Shown here: one piece after another, positions 47,733 to 61,160 of the stretch
Numbering within the stretch: position 1 is the first letter of the stretch
Layout: the number at the start of each line of letters is the position of its first letter
Source of the DNA: Octopus sinensis
Taxonomy: Eukaryota
Assembly: GCF_006345805.1 (NCBI RefSeq)
Contig: NC_043002.1
Location: 51,522,001 to 51,586,000, forward strand
Reading direction: 5' to 3'
DNA: 64,000 bases
Notes under the pieces: generated by a model
Databases searched by the model: none
What the model was told of the DNA's origin: nothing
Seen by the model: only the letters and a program-made list of their open reading frames with translations
Program-made: the position numbers and the translations under genes

Positions 47733-50496
47733 GTAAGTTCACAGGCTTTTCTAACATTGACTTTTTCTTTCTAGGTGCAGGCATGGCTTTGTGGTTAAGA
47801 AGCTATCTTTACATTCATAGGGTTTCAGGTTCAGTCCCACTGCTTGCCACCTTTGGCAAGTGTCTTGTACTATAGCCCTGAGCTGACCAATGCCTTGTGA
47901 GTAGATTTGGTAAGCAAAAACCCATGTCTATATATATGTATATAGATAGATAGATAGATAGATAGTTAGAAAAAAAAAGATTAAAAAATCCAGGTAGATA
48001 TCAATAAAGCACTCAGTTTTAAAAGAATTTGGTTAACAATATCCAACAATCAGACACTAGTAAATGTAAGTAGAATACACATCCAAGGTAAATCCTCATG
48101 TATGACAAGCAGATCTAAACATCATTTTGAAGAATTTCAAGAAATTCAGAGTATTTGATAACAAAAAAATGTGTATAGATAAAATCACATCTTTAATTGT
48201 AGAATTCCCGTTCCAAAGCTGATTCTTTTTTTATATTGTATTAACATATTTAGACATAGAAAATATAATTAAAATTAGTATTTCCAAAAATATGTGTTAA
48301 CACATTTCCAAGGTGATCCAAAATTTGTGTTAACATATATTTTTCGAAATATTAATTTCAAGAGTATTTTCTATATTCATATATGTTAATGCAATAGAAA
48401 CAATTGTTGGCTTTATAAGGTGAATTTCTGCAATTAAGGTATGATTTTCTTTCTGTATTTTTTTGTTTTATATATATACGTAATTATGTGTCTTTGTGCT
48501 TGTGTCTGCCTTCCCAATCCACCATTTGAAAACCAGTGTTAGTTTGTTTTAGATCCCTTTAACCTAGTGGTTTGGCAAAAAAGACTGATAGAATATGTAC
48601 CAAGCTTAAAAAAATAAGAACTGGGGTCAGTCTGTTCAACTATAAAAGGTGTTGCCCCAACATGGCCACAGTCCAATGATTGAATAAGTTGACCAATGTT
48701 TCAGAAGTGAAATTTAGTAGAGACTGTTCTGAATTTCATTGCATGTGTTTGTGTGTATGTAATATTATATATCATAAGCATCATTGTTTTAACAACCTCT
48801 TTTTCTATGCTTGCATGGGTCAGATGAAATTTGACATGGCAGAATTTTTTAATGGCCAGATGCTCTCCCTACTCCCAACCTTTGTTGTTTTCAAGTAAGA
48901 TAATATTTTCCCCGAGTTCTTCAAACAAAAACCAGCTCAAATTCCATGTAGATTATTGTTATCCACTCTGCTTCAAGTTAAATGATCAATTGATTTCATT
49001 AATATAATGCAATAACATTTTCCCTTGATGGTCCACTGTAGTTCAGCAGTCAATTGCATTTGCAACATCCAATGCAGAAGTTCCAAACAATCACACTGGT
49101 GAAACATACAAAGAGAAACAAATGCTATAAACTTGGGTGCGTGTCATAATTTCACACATATATATACATATGGCAATCTCTATCCTACTTAATGTTGTAT
49201 AATGACAGCACTGTATTGTGATTTTAGCATGTGCTTGTGCCACATCATCAGTAAGGCATCTACTGACTGCAAGCTGGCCAAAGGTGCCATGCATTGTAAT
49301 TGAACCCAGAACCATGTAGTTTGGAAGTAAACTTATTACAACACAGTCACACTGGTATTTGCAGCTATATGTGTGTGTGTGTGATGGGCCTCCATGCCGG
49401 TGGCATGTAAAAAGCACCATCCGATCGTGGCCATTGCCAGCCTTACCTGGTCCCATGCCAGTGGCACGTAAAAAGCACCATGCAATTGTGGCCGTTTGCT
49501 AGCCTCGTCTGACACGTAAAAAGCACTCACTACACTCACGGAGTGGTTGGCGTTAGGAAGGGCATCTAGCTGTAGAAACATTGCCAGATCAGACTGGGCC
49601 TGGTGCAGCCTTCTGGCTTCCCAGACCCCAGTTGAACCGTCCAACCCATGCTAGCATGGAAAGCGGACGCTAAATGATGATGATGATGATATATATATTT
49701 CTTCAAACATCCAAAATGACGAGACCCCTCTGTCACGAGAACTGGTTTCTGTACAATGTCCCTTGAAAAGCTAATTTAAATAGCAAAAACCAGTTGGATT
49801 TCATGCCATCCATATAATATGTATATATTTAATAATAATAATAATTGCGTACAGTGCTCAGGTGCACTACAACTCATCTAAAGTGTATATATAATCAGGT
49901 GTAGTTTCGACGGATTTCGGGAAGCATGAGGGCCTTAAAGGATGCAGTGTCATGGCAGTCAACAACTGATGCAGGCAGTTTATTCCACGCTTCAGCAACC
50001 CTGAGCGTGAAAAGATATTAAACTGTATGAAACAAAGGCATTACTCTTCCACATTTTATATTTTTTTCCACATGTTTTCAACTATATATGTGTGTGTGTT
50101 ACTGAAAGATACACACATTAGTAAGAAATTGGGCATCAAACAAAAGTAGTTTATAATCTTTGTTTTGTCCAAGTTGTGCAGACACTCCCTTATTCTCATC
50201 ATTAGATATGAATTCAGCTTTTGATTGGCTTGTTGGCTTTATATCCAACAATGCTGCTGTTGTTTACTGTTGTGTAATAGAATATAAATTGAAATAAATA
50301 TTTATTTAGAAAATGTAATTTGAATATTTTCTTTGTAAATTTTTATGATTATTCTGAAATATTGTTTTAAAAATTCTATGAATTTCCTCCTGTGGCATAT
50401 ATAGATTTTATATCAATAAATATTAATAAAAATGTTACTTTTTTTTTTGTTTAAACTATTTATTTTCTTTATAAATATATTTTCTATTTATTTCAG

Positions 50497-50521
50497 CTTG
50501 AGAGTGAATCAGTTGATATAG
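50497..50521 (+). CDS. HPS4: HPS4-like 25-nt microexon (LESESVDI-G)
   Basis: Long U-rich tract + tttcag| acceptor, G|gttcgt donor; supplies the phase 0 to 1 link required between 47732 and 51350. Confidence 0.65.
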
Positions 50522-51349
50522 GTTCGTTTATTGCTTTTACTTACTGCAAACACTTTTCTTGTTCAAATGTAGTTCTGAGTTCAAATTTTACTGTAGATAT
50601 CACATTTTCATGGAAGTTACTAATGAAGGTTTGAACTTATATAATGAAATTATAATGTACTTTGTTGCATCATCAGTCATGTTTTAACTTTCTAATAACA
50701 CAATGTCTTAGTCACATTTTACCCTTGACAAAGATTGTCTTTGGTTTCAATTGTTTTGCTTCTAAGAAAAAGCAGGTCTCCTTTCAACGCCCAACTCTGC
50801 CCTAGCATTCCCTAGTGTTCCTTTGTGATACACAGTGTCTCCAAGGAGAAACTGCCGTCCTAGTTAAGAACCACATGTAATGGAATGAAAGATGCATGGG
50901 CACATGAGACACACCCTCATTTCAGCAGTGCATATTCAGAGAAAGGAAATCTTTTAATGCATTAAAGCATTTGATATTTAAAGCAACTTAGGGTGGCAAG
51001 CTGACAGAATTAATAGCACACTGGCAAAGTGCATAGCTGCATTTTCATCCATTTTCACATTCTTGGTTCAGATTCTACTGAGGTTGACTTTGCCTTTCAT
51101 CCTTTCAGGGTCGATAAAATAAGTACCATTTAAACACTGTGGTTGATGTAATTGACTTACCCCTCCCTTATAATTGCTGGTCTTGTGCCAAAATTTAAAG
51201 TTATTATTTAAAGCAGCTTGGCATATAGGACCCAGGGTGATTTTTGTGACCTTTTTCGGAAAAAAAAAAGTACATCTTAAATACCATCAAATATAGCTGA
51301 TTCTTTTCCATTTGTTCATTAAAGAATTTTAATATGGCTCTTTCAACAG

Positions 51350-51754
51350 GTTCTGTTCCAGAAGGTGGGAGCTTGACAAAGCTATATGTATCTTCTGATA
51401 TCTATACAAAACTTTATGAAACAACACTACTTCCTAATTCTCAACAATGCAATGATTCTAGAAGATTTTCTGTCACAACTGCTGCATCAATTGCTAATAT
51501 AGCAGAGATTAGTTCAGCATCCAAACCACTGATTAAATCAGCTTTGAGGCCCTCAAAGAGTTTAGAAGTAAAAACATCAGAAAGTGAGACTGACGATGAC
51601 CTTTTGGTGAGAGATGACAGTGTGGAATCTGATGACAAAGAATCTGCTGCGAAGGCCCTTGCTGAGCAGACAAAAGCCCGGGCTGCCTATTTCACTCTCA
51701 TTTCAGATTCTACCCTTGATTCTGATACTATACATTCAAGGACTTCTCTGAAAG
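51350..51754 (+). CDS. HPS4: HPS4-like exon (G-SVPEGGSLTKLYVSSD...SRTSLK), start of Ser/acidic middle region
   Basis: caacag| acceptor, AAAG|gtattt donor, phase 1-1, 405 nt open. Confidence 0.8.
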
Positions 51755-52104
51755 GTATTTGCAAACATTCATTCTCCTTTTTTTTTAATTGCAAAATAAA
51801 TCAAAACACATTTCTTTTTTTACAAAGATTGGTCTTATGCTTGGTCATTCATCCATTCACTTAATATTCATTTTCCATGCTAGTATGGGTTGGGCAGTCT
51901 TGTATTGAAGCATTATTTTACAACTGGATGCCCTTCCTCTCACAAACCCTTACCTGTTTTTCCAGGTAATGGATTTTTTAATCCACTTATTTTTAAACAT
52001 GCAGAATTACAGATGTATTTGATAAAGGACAGGCAATGTGAAGTTATTTTGTTTTACTCAAATTGTTTCATATGAAGATGCAGAATGTAAACATTCACAC
52101 ACGT

Positions 52105-52137
52105 GCGCGTGCGCAGAGAGAGAGAGAGAGAGAGAGA

Positions 52138-52170
<33 letters not shown>

Positions 52171-52203
52171 CACACACACACACACACACACCACACACAC
52201 ACA

Positions 52204-52240
<37 letters not shown>
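52105..52240. repeat. Compound microsatellite (AG)n(AC)n(CT)n
   Basis: Directly visible. Confidence 0.95.
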
Positions 52241-52242
<2 letters not shown>

Positions 52243-53389
52243 CCTCTTTTCTGTTTGTTTCTCTTCCTGCAAGAAATCAACTGTGAGCTTTCATACTAAT
52301 TGCTCTCGCAGGGGGCATTAATTAATTGACCCAGAACTATAGTAGAAGTCACTTGCCCAACATGTTATGCAGTGAGCTAGAGCTCAAAAAACAAACTCCA
52401 TACATGCAGACATGGCCTTTCCTAATATAAAATAATTCATGATTACTTCCAGCTTCATAATTAAACTGTGATGTAATTAAGCTATTATGATTGTATAAAA
52501 TTACTGCACCACCAGCTTTATTAGTCATATGTTGCTGCAGTAGAATGTTTTTCCTCTGTTATTGTCTGTTACCATATTTCCAACATACAAGTTGATTCCA
52601 TTCAAACATTGTTACCATCATTCTAAATCCTGTTGCATTTCACATGGAATTTTTTGGTCCTTCAAAGTCATCTTTGTCAGCCTGCCATTTTTGATTGTAG
52701 ATTTTGGTTTGAAAAATTCAACTTCCATTCTAGAAAATCTGGGTAATATTTTAAGGTTTTTTCTTTTCTTCAGCTACTACGATAATAATAAAAATGCCAG
52801 TTGTATTTGTTGATTTAGGAAGTTGAAATTTGGTACTGGACATTACCATTAATTCTGACCATGATATTTTTAATTATCAACTAGCCATTTAACAGTGAAA
52901 TACTGTTGTTAAGATGTAAAGGCTTATATGAATTACAGGATGTTACATGTAATTAAGTCAGAGCTGATATATGATCAAAGATTTTCTAGTTATGACCATC
53001 CCAATTATTTTCTTAGGTTTTGAATATTAAGAGTGCATTATTCAAAGTGTCTCTCCCTTTTCAAATTGTTAAGAGGATTTAGTTACAGTTTCTAACAGGA
53101 TGAATACCTGCATAGAAACTCTTTCATTGGTTTGGATAAATACAAATAATATTTTGTATTAGATTTCACCATCTATTAGTCTTTTTTGTTAAGAGAGTGT
53201 TGTATAAAATACTTTGCAGTATTTATTCCAGCTCTCTGCACCATGTGTTCAAATCTTATTGAGGTCACTTTGGCCTTTCATTATCCCCAGGTTGGTATTT
53301 AAAGTTTCAATTCTTCATTTCTCACTTATTTCAAAAATATCTCTGGAATATATTAGCCAATTCAGATGTGGAGAAGGAAGGGTTCCGCT

Positions 53390-54870
53390 TGTTCATCATA
53401 ATCCTCCGGGCAATAACAGAGATGGGCTGCTCCTGGGAACCCCTTTATGCTGATGACCTTCTTAAAGCTGAATCACTACCAGAAATAGAGAAGAAATTTC
53501 AGACATAGAAACAAGGTCTAGAATCAAAGGGCCTTGGAGTCGATCTAGCAAAAACCAAGACCTTAATAAGTAGGAGAGCAGACAAATCACAAATCCCTTC
53601 TGGTAGATGGCCCTGCTCAATCTGTAGAAAAGGCATTGGTAGAAACTCTATAAGATGTACCCAGTATAAGCTATGGACATGTAAGAGGTACAGCAATATC
53701 AGAGGAAGGTTAACAGGGAAAACAGTTTTTGTGTGTGGAAAGTGCACAGGTACAATAAACACTAAAAATATACAGAAAATAGACTCCATCACATGCCAGT
53801 GGGGAAAACTAGAAGTAGACAATAGCTTCTGTTACTTGGGTGACCAAGTCAGTTGCAGGGGTGGACGCTCTGAGAGCATAGCTGTTCGAATAAGAAGAGG
53901 CTAGACAAAATTCAGAGAGCTCCTACTTCTGCTGGTAACAAAAGGTCTCTCTCTCACAGTGAAAGGCAGATTGTATAATGCCTGCGTGTGAACAGCCATA
54001 CTACACGACTGTGAAGTATGGGCTGTAACAGCTGAGGACATTTGTAGGCTTATAAGAAATGAAGGTAGTATGCTTCACTGGATGTGTAATGTCAATGTGC
54101 ATGCACGGCAGAATGTAAGCATCCTGAGATAAAAGTTGGGCATTGGATGCATCAGATGTGGTGTGCAAGAGAGATGACTGCACTGCTTTGGTCATGTGAT
54201 CCATATGGGAAAAGACAGCTGTATGAAGAAGTGCCACACTCTCTAATAGTGGCAGGAACCTGTGGAAAAGGTAGACCCAGGAAAACACAGGATGAAGTGG
54301 TTAAGCATAATCTTTGAATATTGGGCCTCACAGAGCCAATGGCAAGTGACTGAGACCTTTTGCAATATATTGTGCTGAGAAGAACTGTTAAGCCAAGTGA
54401 GATTGTTGTCATGGCCAATGCCACTGTCGTGTAACTAGCATATGAAAAGCACCCTTCAAACGTTGGGCAACATGCTGTGCTTGAGAAGAACCATCAAGCC
54501 AAGTGAAATCATAATCATAGCTGAAGCCAGTTCTGTCTGACTGGCAACAATGCCAGTGACATGTAAAAAGTGCTGTTTAACTGTTAGGCCTCATGGAGGC
54601 AGTGACAGGTGACTGAAACCTTAGGCAATATACTGTTCTCGTAAAGACCTGTCAAGCCAAGTGAGATTGTAGCCATGGACAATGCACAGTGTCATGTCAG
54701 TGGCACATAAAAATCCCCCACTACACTCTTGGAGTGGTTGGCATTAGGAAGGGCATCCAACTGTAGAAACCATGCCAAATCAGAGTTGAACCTGGTGCAG
54801 CTCTTCAGCTCACCGTCTAACCCCTACCAGCATGGAAAGCAGATGTTAAATGATGATGATGATGATCTCT
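53390..54870 (+). mobile_element. Older decayed copy of the RTE LINE (YADD region to (GAT)n tail)
   Basis: YADD at ~53446, WPCSICRKG, GRPRKT; multiple stops; expanded 3'-UTR units at 54380-54720. Confidence 0.9.
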
Positions 54871-55904
54871 GTAGAATCGTTATTCATTTTCTCTATCTTT
54901 CCACTTCATGCCAGCTGGTACAGAAGGCCTCTACTCTCTCACCCTGCTCTCTCTCTCTCACCTCCCTTTCTCTCTCTCACTCCCTGTCTCTCTCTCACCC
55001 CCTCTCTCTTTCATAGCCTTCTTTCTCTCTCTCTCACCCCTTCTATATCTCACCCCCCTCTCTCTCTCACTCTCCATTCTGCCTGTTGATGGCTTTGGTT
55101 TGCACCTGGTTCCACATTCCTTCTCCTTCCAGTTTAGGAATAATTGCCTTTCCTAGGTGCCATAGATTTTTCTAAGTGTTTGAAGTTTCTTTAATCTGGA
55201 GTTTTTTCTGGGATCAGATAACACAACCAATACCCAGTCCTCTCTTAATTAATAGGAGTGCTGTATACAGATTTGAAACTTGAGTTTCCTTCTCTTATCA
55301 AGTTTTATGACACCTCCATCTAACCAATGTAGTCTGTAACTCCTCACAAAACAGGATGCTGAAAACTAGCCTTAACATCACATGAGTCATTTGCACATGT
55401 GTCACATCAATCATGGCCTAAGTTGTTGGCTACTCTGCTCTGTCCTGAAGGTACACCCATATTAACCTTTTAGCATTTAAACCGGCCATATCTGGCCAAA
55501 ATATTCTACATGTTTTATGTTCAAATTGGCCAAATCCAGTTTCTAACAGCTCTCATACGATGTCATACTAAAAGCAAACAATCACTTCATTGAAATCTCA
55601 AAGTGACAAGACAATGCATGATTAATTCAAAAGAATGTGAAGAAATAAATATTATATTTAACAGAATAATCTGAATGCTAAAGGGTTAAGGTTATACGGA
55701 TGTGTGACTACAGAGTTCACTCCAGCCTAGGGATGCACTGAGTACCTTAAACTAGAAGACTTTGGCAGAGCTTTTTCATTTTACTAAAGTTTTTTTAATA
55801 ATTTTTGTTTTGTTTTCCTTTGTAATTCTATGACTGATTAGTTTTACATAATTACTTATCAGTTTATTATTCTATGCACTGCACTTTAAAGTTGAGCTAT
55901 TTAT

Positions 55905-56168
55905 AATTGCAGCGTGGAAGGTGTTTGTAAGCCATTTAAGAAACACAAAAGCCGTTCGATTCACTTCAACATTTAAGTTTAATTTGTCAAAATATTTTCG
56001 TCGCTTTAAGACCGCGACCTGTTCACTGACAAAAATCCATGCCATTGAACAGGTCGTGGTCTTAAAGCGACGAAAATATTTTGACAAATTAAACTTAAAT
56101 GTTGAAGTGAATGGAACGGCTTTTGTGTGTTTCTTAAATGGCTTACAAACACCTTCCACACTGCAATT
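55905..56168. repeat. Foldback element / MITE (~121-bp arms, 20-nt spacer)
   Basis: aattgcagcgtggaagg...acctgttca / tgaacaggt...ccttccacactgcaatt; few mismatches. Confidence 0.95.
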
Positions 56169-56253
56169 GTTTTCGTTTCAGCACATGATCTCAGATCAAA
56201 TCACTTGCTATGCAAGTACATCTCCGTATTTATAATTGTTATCTATTTATCAG

Positions 56254-56566
56254 ATCTACAACATTTGCGTACAGCTAGTATTAGTCTGGACGTTGGAGAA
56301 ACATGGCCTGTTATTAATGTACGTGTGAACAGCAAATATGAAGAGGATGATGCTGCGCTGGAAGAAGAAAAGCCTGATTTGCAGAGAAAAAATTCAAAAC
56401 CTCAGAGTCCAAAAGATAACACAGATGAAAAACTACTAATTCAATTCAAAAATCGACCAGCTAGTATCAGCCAAGCAGAAGAAATTACTGCAAGTAAAAT
56501 AAAGTCTTCAAATAAGAAAGTATACACTTCTGATTCTTCTGCTGAGGAGACAAGAGATACATCAAA
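56254..56566 (+). CDS. HPS4: HPS4-like exon (D-LQHLRTASISLD...EETRDTS-N), low-complexity charged region
   Basis: ttatcag| acceptor (phase 1 matches); donor AA|gtagag inferred from phase 2 of the next exon. Confidence 0.7.
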
Positions 56567-57272
56567 GTAGAGTATGCCTTTCTGTTTTATTTATTTTCAT
56601 TTATCATTATTTGTTCATTGCTATTTAATGTTTGGTTTTTCCAAGTTAGCATGGGTTGGGGTGGATAGTAACATATTCCAGGCAGATTTTACTGCTGAAA
56701 GGTTTTTCTCATACCTGTCTGAATGATCTTCTATAGAACCTAGCTGATCAAAGAGTCTGCAGAAGTTCGCCATTACCTTCTGCCAGAGCCACGTGGAACT
56801 TAGGTGTTTCGCTCATAAACACAAACATCACCCGGTCTGAGATTCGAACCTGCGATACCTCGACTGCGAGTCTGCTGCTCTAACCACTAGGCCATGTGCC
56901 TCCACATATGTATATATGTGTATGTAAAACAATTTTCGTTCGTAATGAGATAAAAAAACCAAGGCTGTGTAGATTTTAAATCATTTATAGATAGGTCTTA
57001 CAGCTGTTTCCAGGATATTTATTATATCCCTTCATTGGAGACAGTGTGAGAGAATGATTAAGTAATAGTTGATTTAGATAAGATACAAAGAGAGTGAGGT
57101 GGAGGAAAGAAACTAGATGTGAGATATGTAGGGATATTGTATTTATAGATCCAAATTTTTTAGGCAGAATGGTTTACGTATAAGATTCCAATACCTTATG
57201 AGTAAAATCCAATAGTATATAAAATTGGTCATTCTAAGTATAGAGTTTATACACAGTGTTATTGAATCAAGG

Positions 57273-57276
<4 letters not shown>

Positions 57277-57319
<43 letters not shown>

Positions 57320-57595
57320 TTACATATGTGCGTGTGTATATATATATATATTTACACATACATATGTATATATGCATATATATATATATATACACATATA
57401 TATACATACATATGTATATATGTATGTATATATGCATATATATATATACACACACATATATATACATACATATGTATATATGTGTATATATATGTGTGTG
57501 TGTGTATGCATGTGTATATATATATGTATATTTATTCTTATGTTTATATATATGTATGTATATGTGGGACTATTTTTGTCTGTGTATATGTATGC
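57277..57595. repeat. Compound (TA)n/(TG)n/(CATA)n simple repeat
   Basis: Directly visible; source of several spurious YI-rich ORFs. Confidence 0.95.
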
Positions 57596-57666
57596 ATTAG
57601 AAAGAATAGTTGTTTAATGATAATATATTTTTTTCTTTCCGTGTGAATGGTTTCTTTTCCATGTAG

Positions 57667-57919
57667 TGCCCTAGCTGCAGACGGTTGTTCATTAAATGAT
57701 GAAAATGCCATGTATGGCTCCATGTTGTCCCTTTTGTCAAAGCAAAGTGGAAAGAACAGCATCAAACCAGCATTCGTTCCAAAGCCAAGTCTGCCTGAAT
57801 GTTCTACTTGTATCGGAGATGAATGTGACTTGATTCTCTATGTGCAGAATAACTCTGAGAGCTCTTCTATGTTATTGATGGAGCCTTCTGTTTGTAACAT
57901 GGAGATGATACAGACATTG
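57667..57919 (+). CDS. HPS4: HPS4-like exon (N-ALAADG...DLILYVQNNSESSSMLLMEPSVCNMEMIQTL), start of the second longin-like domain
   Basis: catgtag| acceptor, TTG|gtaagt donor, phase 2 to 0; resembles HPS4 'MNLYTHCVKGLVLSLLAE'. No downstream exon found in the window. Confidence 0.8.
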
Positions 57920-58899
57920 GTAAGTATTGTTGTTTTTATGTACGAATAACTAAGGTGTGTTTATGATAAATTTTTAGATGTGTCATTGTGACATTTATAA
58001 AATAACTGCGTATGTGGTTGTTTTCTATCAGCTGTGTCAGTATTTATGCATGCAGGATGTAAATAGACTGAATGATACTGAAATGTGAGTGTACATGTTA
58101 CATCTTGTCTAATTACTGAGACCCATACATAAACTATTTTTAAGAAAGCAAAACATCAACATGTGATCATTGATCATGGTAGTAGGAATCAATAACTGCA
58201 AAGAATAAACACGAATAACTAATAGAAATGTAAAAATGGGCTGTGACAGAAAATATTATCCCCATTGTTTAATGTCCGCTTTCCATGCTAGCATGGGTTG
58301 GATGATTTTGACTGAGGGCTGGTGAACCAGAAGGCTGCACCAGGCTCTAATCTTGATCTGGCAGAGTTTCTACAGCTGGATACCCTTCATAATGCCAACC
58401 ACTCCAAGAGTGTAGTGGGTGCTTTTTACATGCTACCCGCACGAGGGCCAGTCAGGCGGTACTGGCAACGACCTCGCTCGAATGATTTTACACATGTCAC
58501 CGGCACAGGTGCCAGTAAGGTGATGCTGGTAACAATCACACTCGAATAGTGCCTTTTACATGCCACCGGCATGGAAGCCAGTTAGCCGCTCTGGCAACGA
58601 TCACGCTCAGATGGTGCTATTGGCACCCTACTAGCACGGGCACAAGTGCCAGTAAGGCAACGCTGGTAACAATCACACTCAAATGGTGCCTTTTATGTGC
58701 CACTGGCACGGAAGCCAGTTAGCCACTTGTATAATAAATTGATGAGGAGTGTGCAGGAGATATATATATATATATATATTACTGTTAGCTTCTAGAACAG
58801 TGATACTAAAGTTTAGATAGTTTGAATTGCCAAGTTGATAGGATACTGGGGAGTCAACTGTGACATTTATGTTTCTCTCCTGTGAGTGGCATAGCACTG

Positions 58900-59340
58900 T
58901 GACCTTCACTTATTGACTTGACTTTCTCCCTTGTTCTTGACTCTGGGCTGTCATTTTTGCATCTTTCCAGTTCAAGCCCTGCTTCAGTATCCCCACCTCC
59001 ATCTAGTTTTGGGGTGTCCTCTCTTGCCATGTGGGTTCCAAGTCAGGGCCTGAAATATATTTTCCAAAGGGTACGGAATCCCTCTCCTAGGTCTTGTTGT
59101 TCTATAACTTCACTGTTTTCTAGATAGGAGTGTTGACTCTAATGAACACCATTTTCTACCCCTGAGAAAATGTCCCAATTTTGTCTGGCCTCTATTCTTT
59201 GACCTGTCCAGCATGTGAGGCTTTAGCAGGAGCTTGCACTCTAGTGGCGTAGCTCTTAGGTTCATTGAAACACACAAGGATGACACTATCACAAGGACTG
59301 GACTATGTGTTAGGTCTAAGGTGTGATAATACAGTACTAG
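58900..59340 (-). mobile_element. Decayed LINE 3' fragment (RTE-like)
   Basis: Minus strand GKRGHPKTRW motif near 59010. Confidence 0.45.
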
Positions 59341-59399
59341 GTGTGATCATAAAGTATCGTGTCTGGTACTATAAAAAGAAAACTACAATATTAATTCAG

Positions 59400-59585
59400 C
59401 ATTCAATCTCTTTTGAAGTAGTCTTCTTCTGAAGAGACACACTTTTCCCAGCATCATTTCCATTGATGGAAGCATTCCTGGAACTCCAGTTTCTGGGATA
59501 GGAAGCAGCTGCCTCATTGCATTCTTTTGGATTTCTTCAATGTCTTGAAATCTTGTTCTTTTCAAGTGGTATTTAGTTTTTGGAA
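59400..59585 (-). mobile_element. mariner transposase C-terminal remnant
   Basis: KRTRFQDIEEIQKN...KLEFQECFHQWK*CWEKCVSSEEDYFKRD* across a frameshift. Confidence 0.8.
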
Positions 59586-59626
59586 AGATTCTTGGTCATA
59601 ATAATCAAGCCATGTCTTTTTCCATG

Positions 59627-59660
<34 letters not shown>

Positions 59661-59762
59661 CTCTCTCTCTGTATATATATATATATTATGTATTATAATT
59701 ATTATTATATATATATAAAATCCTTTGTATCATTTGACAGAGTAAGTTATAAATAGTTTCAC

Positions 59763-59815
<53 letters not shown>

Positions 59816-60832
59816 GTTATATAATTAGGGTTCAGTAAAATAATTTACTTTACCACACACCAAACTTTTAGAAATAGCAGCCAAAAAAATCTAGCTATTT
59901 CTTATACTCTAATTAATTTTACCCTTTTATTATTGATTATATATATATATATATTTGAATTTTCTCTGACTCCTCAGATTTTTTGAATGCTGGACTACTG
60001 GTTTTAAATTGATATTAAAATTAATATTAATTTATCTCCCTCAATTTTTAAATATTTAAATATATATATATATACATATATATCATCATCATCGTCATCA
60101 TCGTTTAACGTCCGTTCTCCATGCTAGCATGGGTTGGACGGTTCGACCGGGGATCTGGGAAGCCAGAAGGCTGCACCAGGCTCCAGTCTTATCTGGCAGT
60201 GTTTCTACAGCTGGATGCCCTTCCTAACGCCAACCACTCCGTGAGTGTAGTGGGTGCTTTTTACGTGCCACCTGCACAGGTGCCAGGCGAGGCTGGCAGC
60301 GGCCACGGTCGGATTGGTGTATTTTATGTGCCACCGGCACAGAAGCCAGACGAGGCGGTGCTGGCATCGGCCACGAGTTGGATGGTGCTTTTACGTACCA
60401 CCAGACCAGGGATCCTGGCTGGTTCAATTCGATTTCGATTTCGCTTGCCCCAACATGTCTTCGCAAGCAAGGGGGTTGGCATGGGTGCCTGTTGTACGGT
60501 CAGATTGGTGTATTTTGTATACACATGTATGTATGTTCCTTATGCATTCCAAAAATGAGTTGCTGATTTTGATGTTTGGGGTATCAAAAGATTCAGTAAG
60601 ATTTCAGCTACCAACTAAACTATATTTTCATTCACATATTTGCATTACAAAAATTGGACATTATCATTTTTCGTTTAGTCACCTATTGTAAATGACATCT
60701 TTTACCACCACCACCACAATAATAATGATGCCACATTTTCTTATATGATTGTGTTTACGTGTTCATTATGTAGGCTAGGCCATCATCAATGTTCATTAAT
60801 TTCCATAATTTTTAAAATTTTATTTACTTTTG

Positions 60833-61160
60833 TTTTAAAGTGAAAGTGAAAGATGTATGTATATGTATATATGTATGTTGTCATGTATACGTATGTTGTA
60901 ATGTATACCTATGTTGTCATGTATACATATGTTGTCATGTATACATACGTTGTCATGTATACATACATATGCATACATCTTTTTTGTAGGTGCATGTGTG
61001 TGTGTGATTGAGTGAGTGAATGTGTGTGTCCTCATGTATGTATAAGTGGCACTCACTCTCATACATATAAGTGACACTCACTCTCTTTCAAACATACACA
61101 CACATCTATTTCATATACATGTTCATACATCTTTCACTTTCTCCTATCTTTCACTTTAAA
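60833..61160. repeat. Foldback-like element containing an 18-bp minisatellite x5
   Basis: 17-bp perfect inverted repeat 60843-60859 / 61124-61140; (NTATGTTGTCATGTATAC)5 at 60873-60962. Confidence 0.75.

Noticed and set aside
55872-56235. Two nearly identical ORFs on opposite strands (FTSTFKFNLSKYFRRFKT)
   Set aside because: Automatic consequence of the DNA palindrome; no coding evidence.
57225-57646. Several 100-130 aa YI/CV-rich ORFs
   Set aside because: Read-through of TA/TG microsatellite; the same applies to the ORFs at 3184-3486 and 52038-52321.
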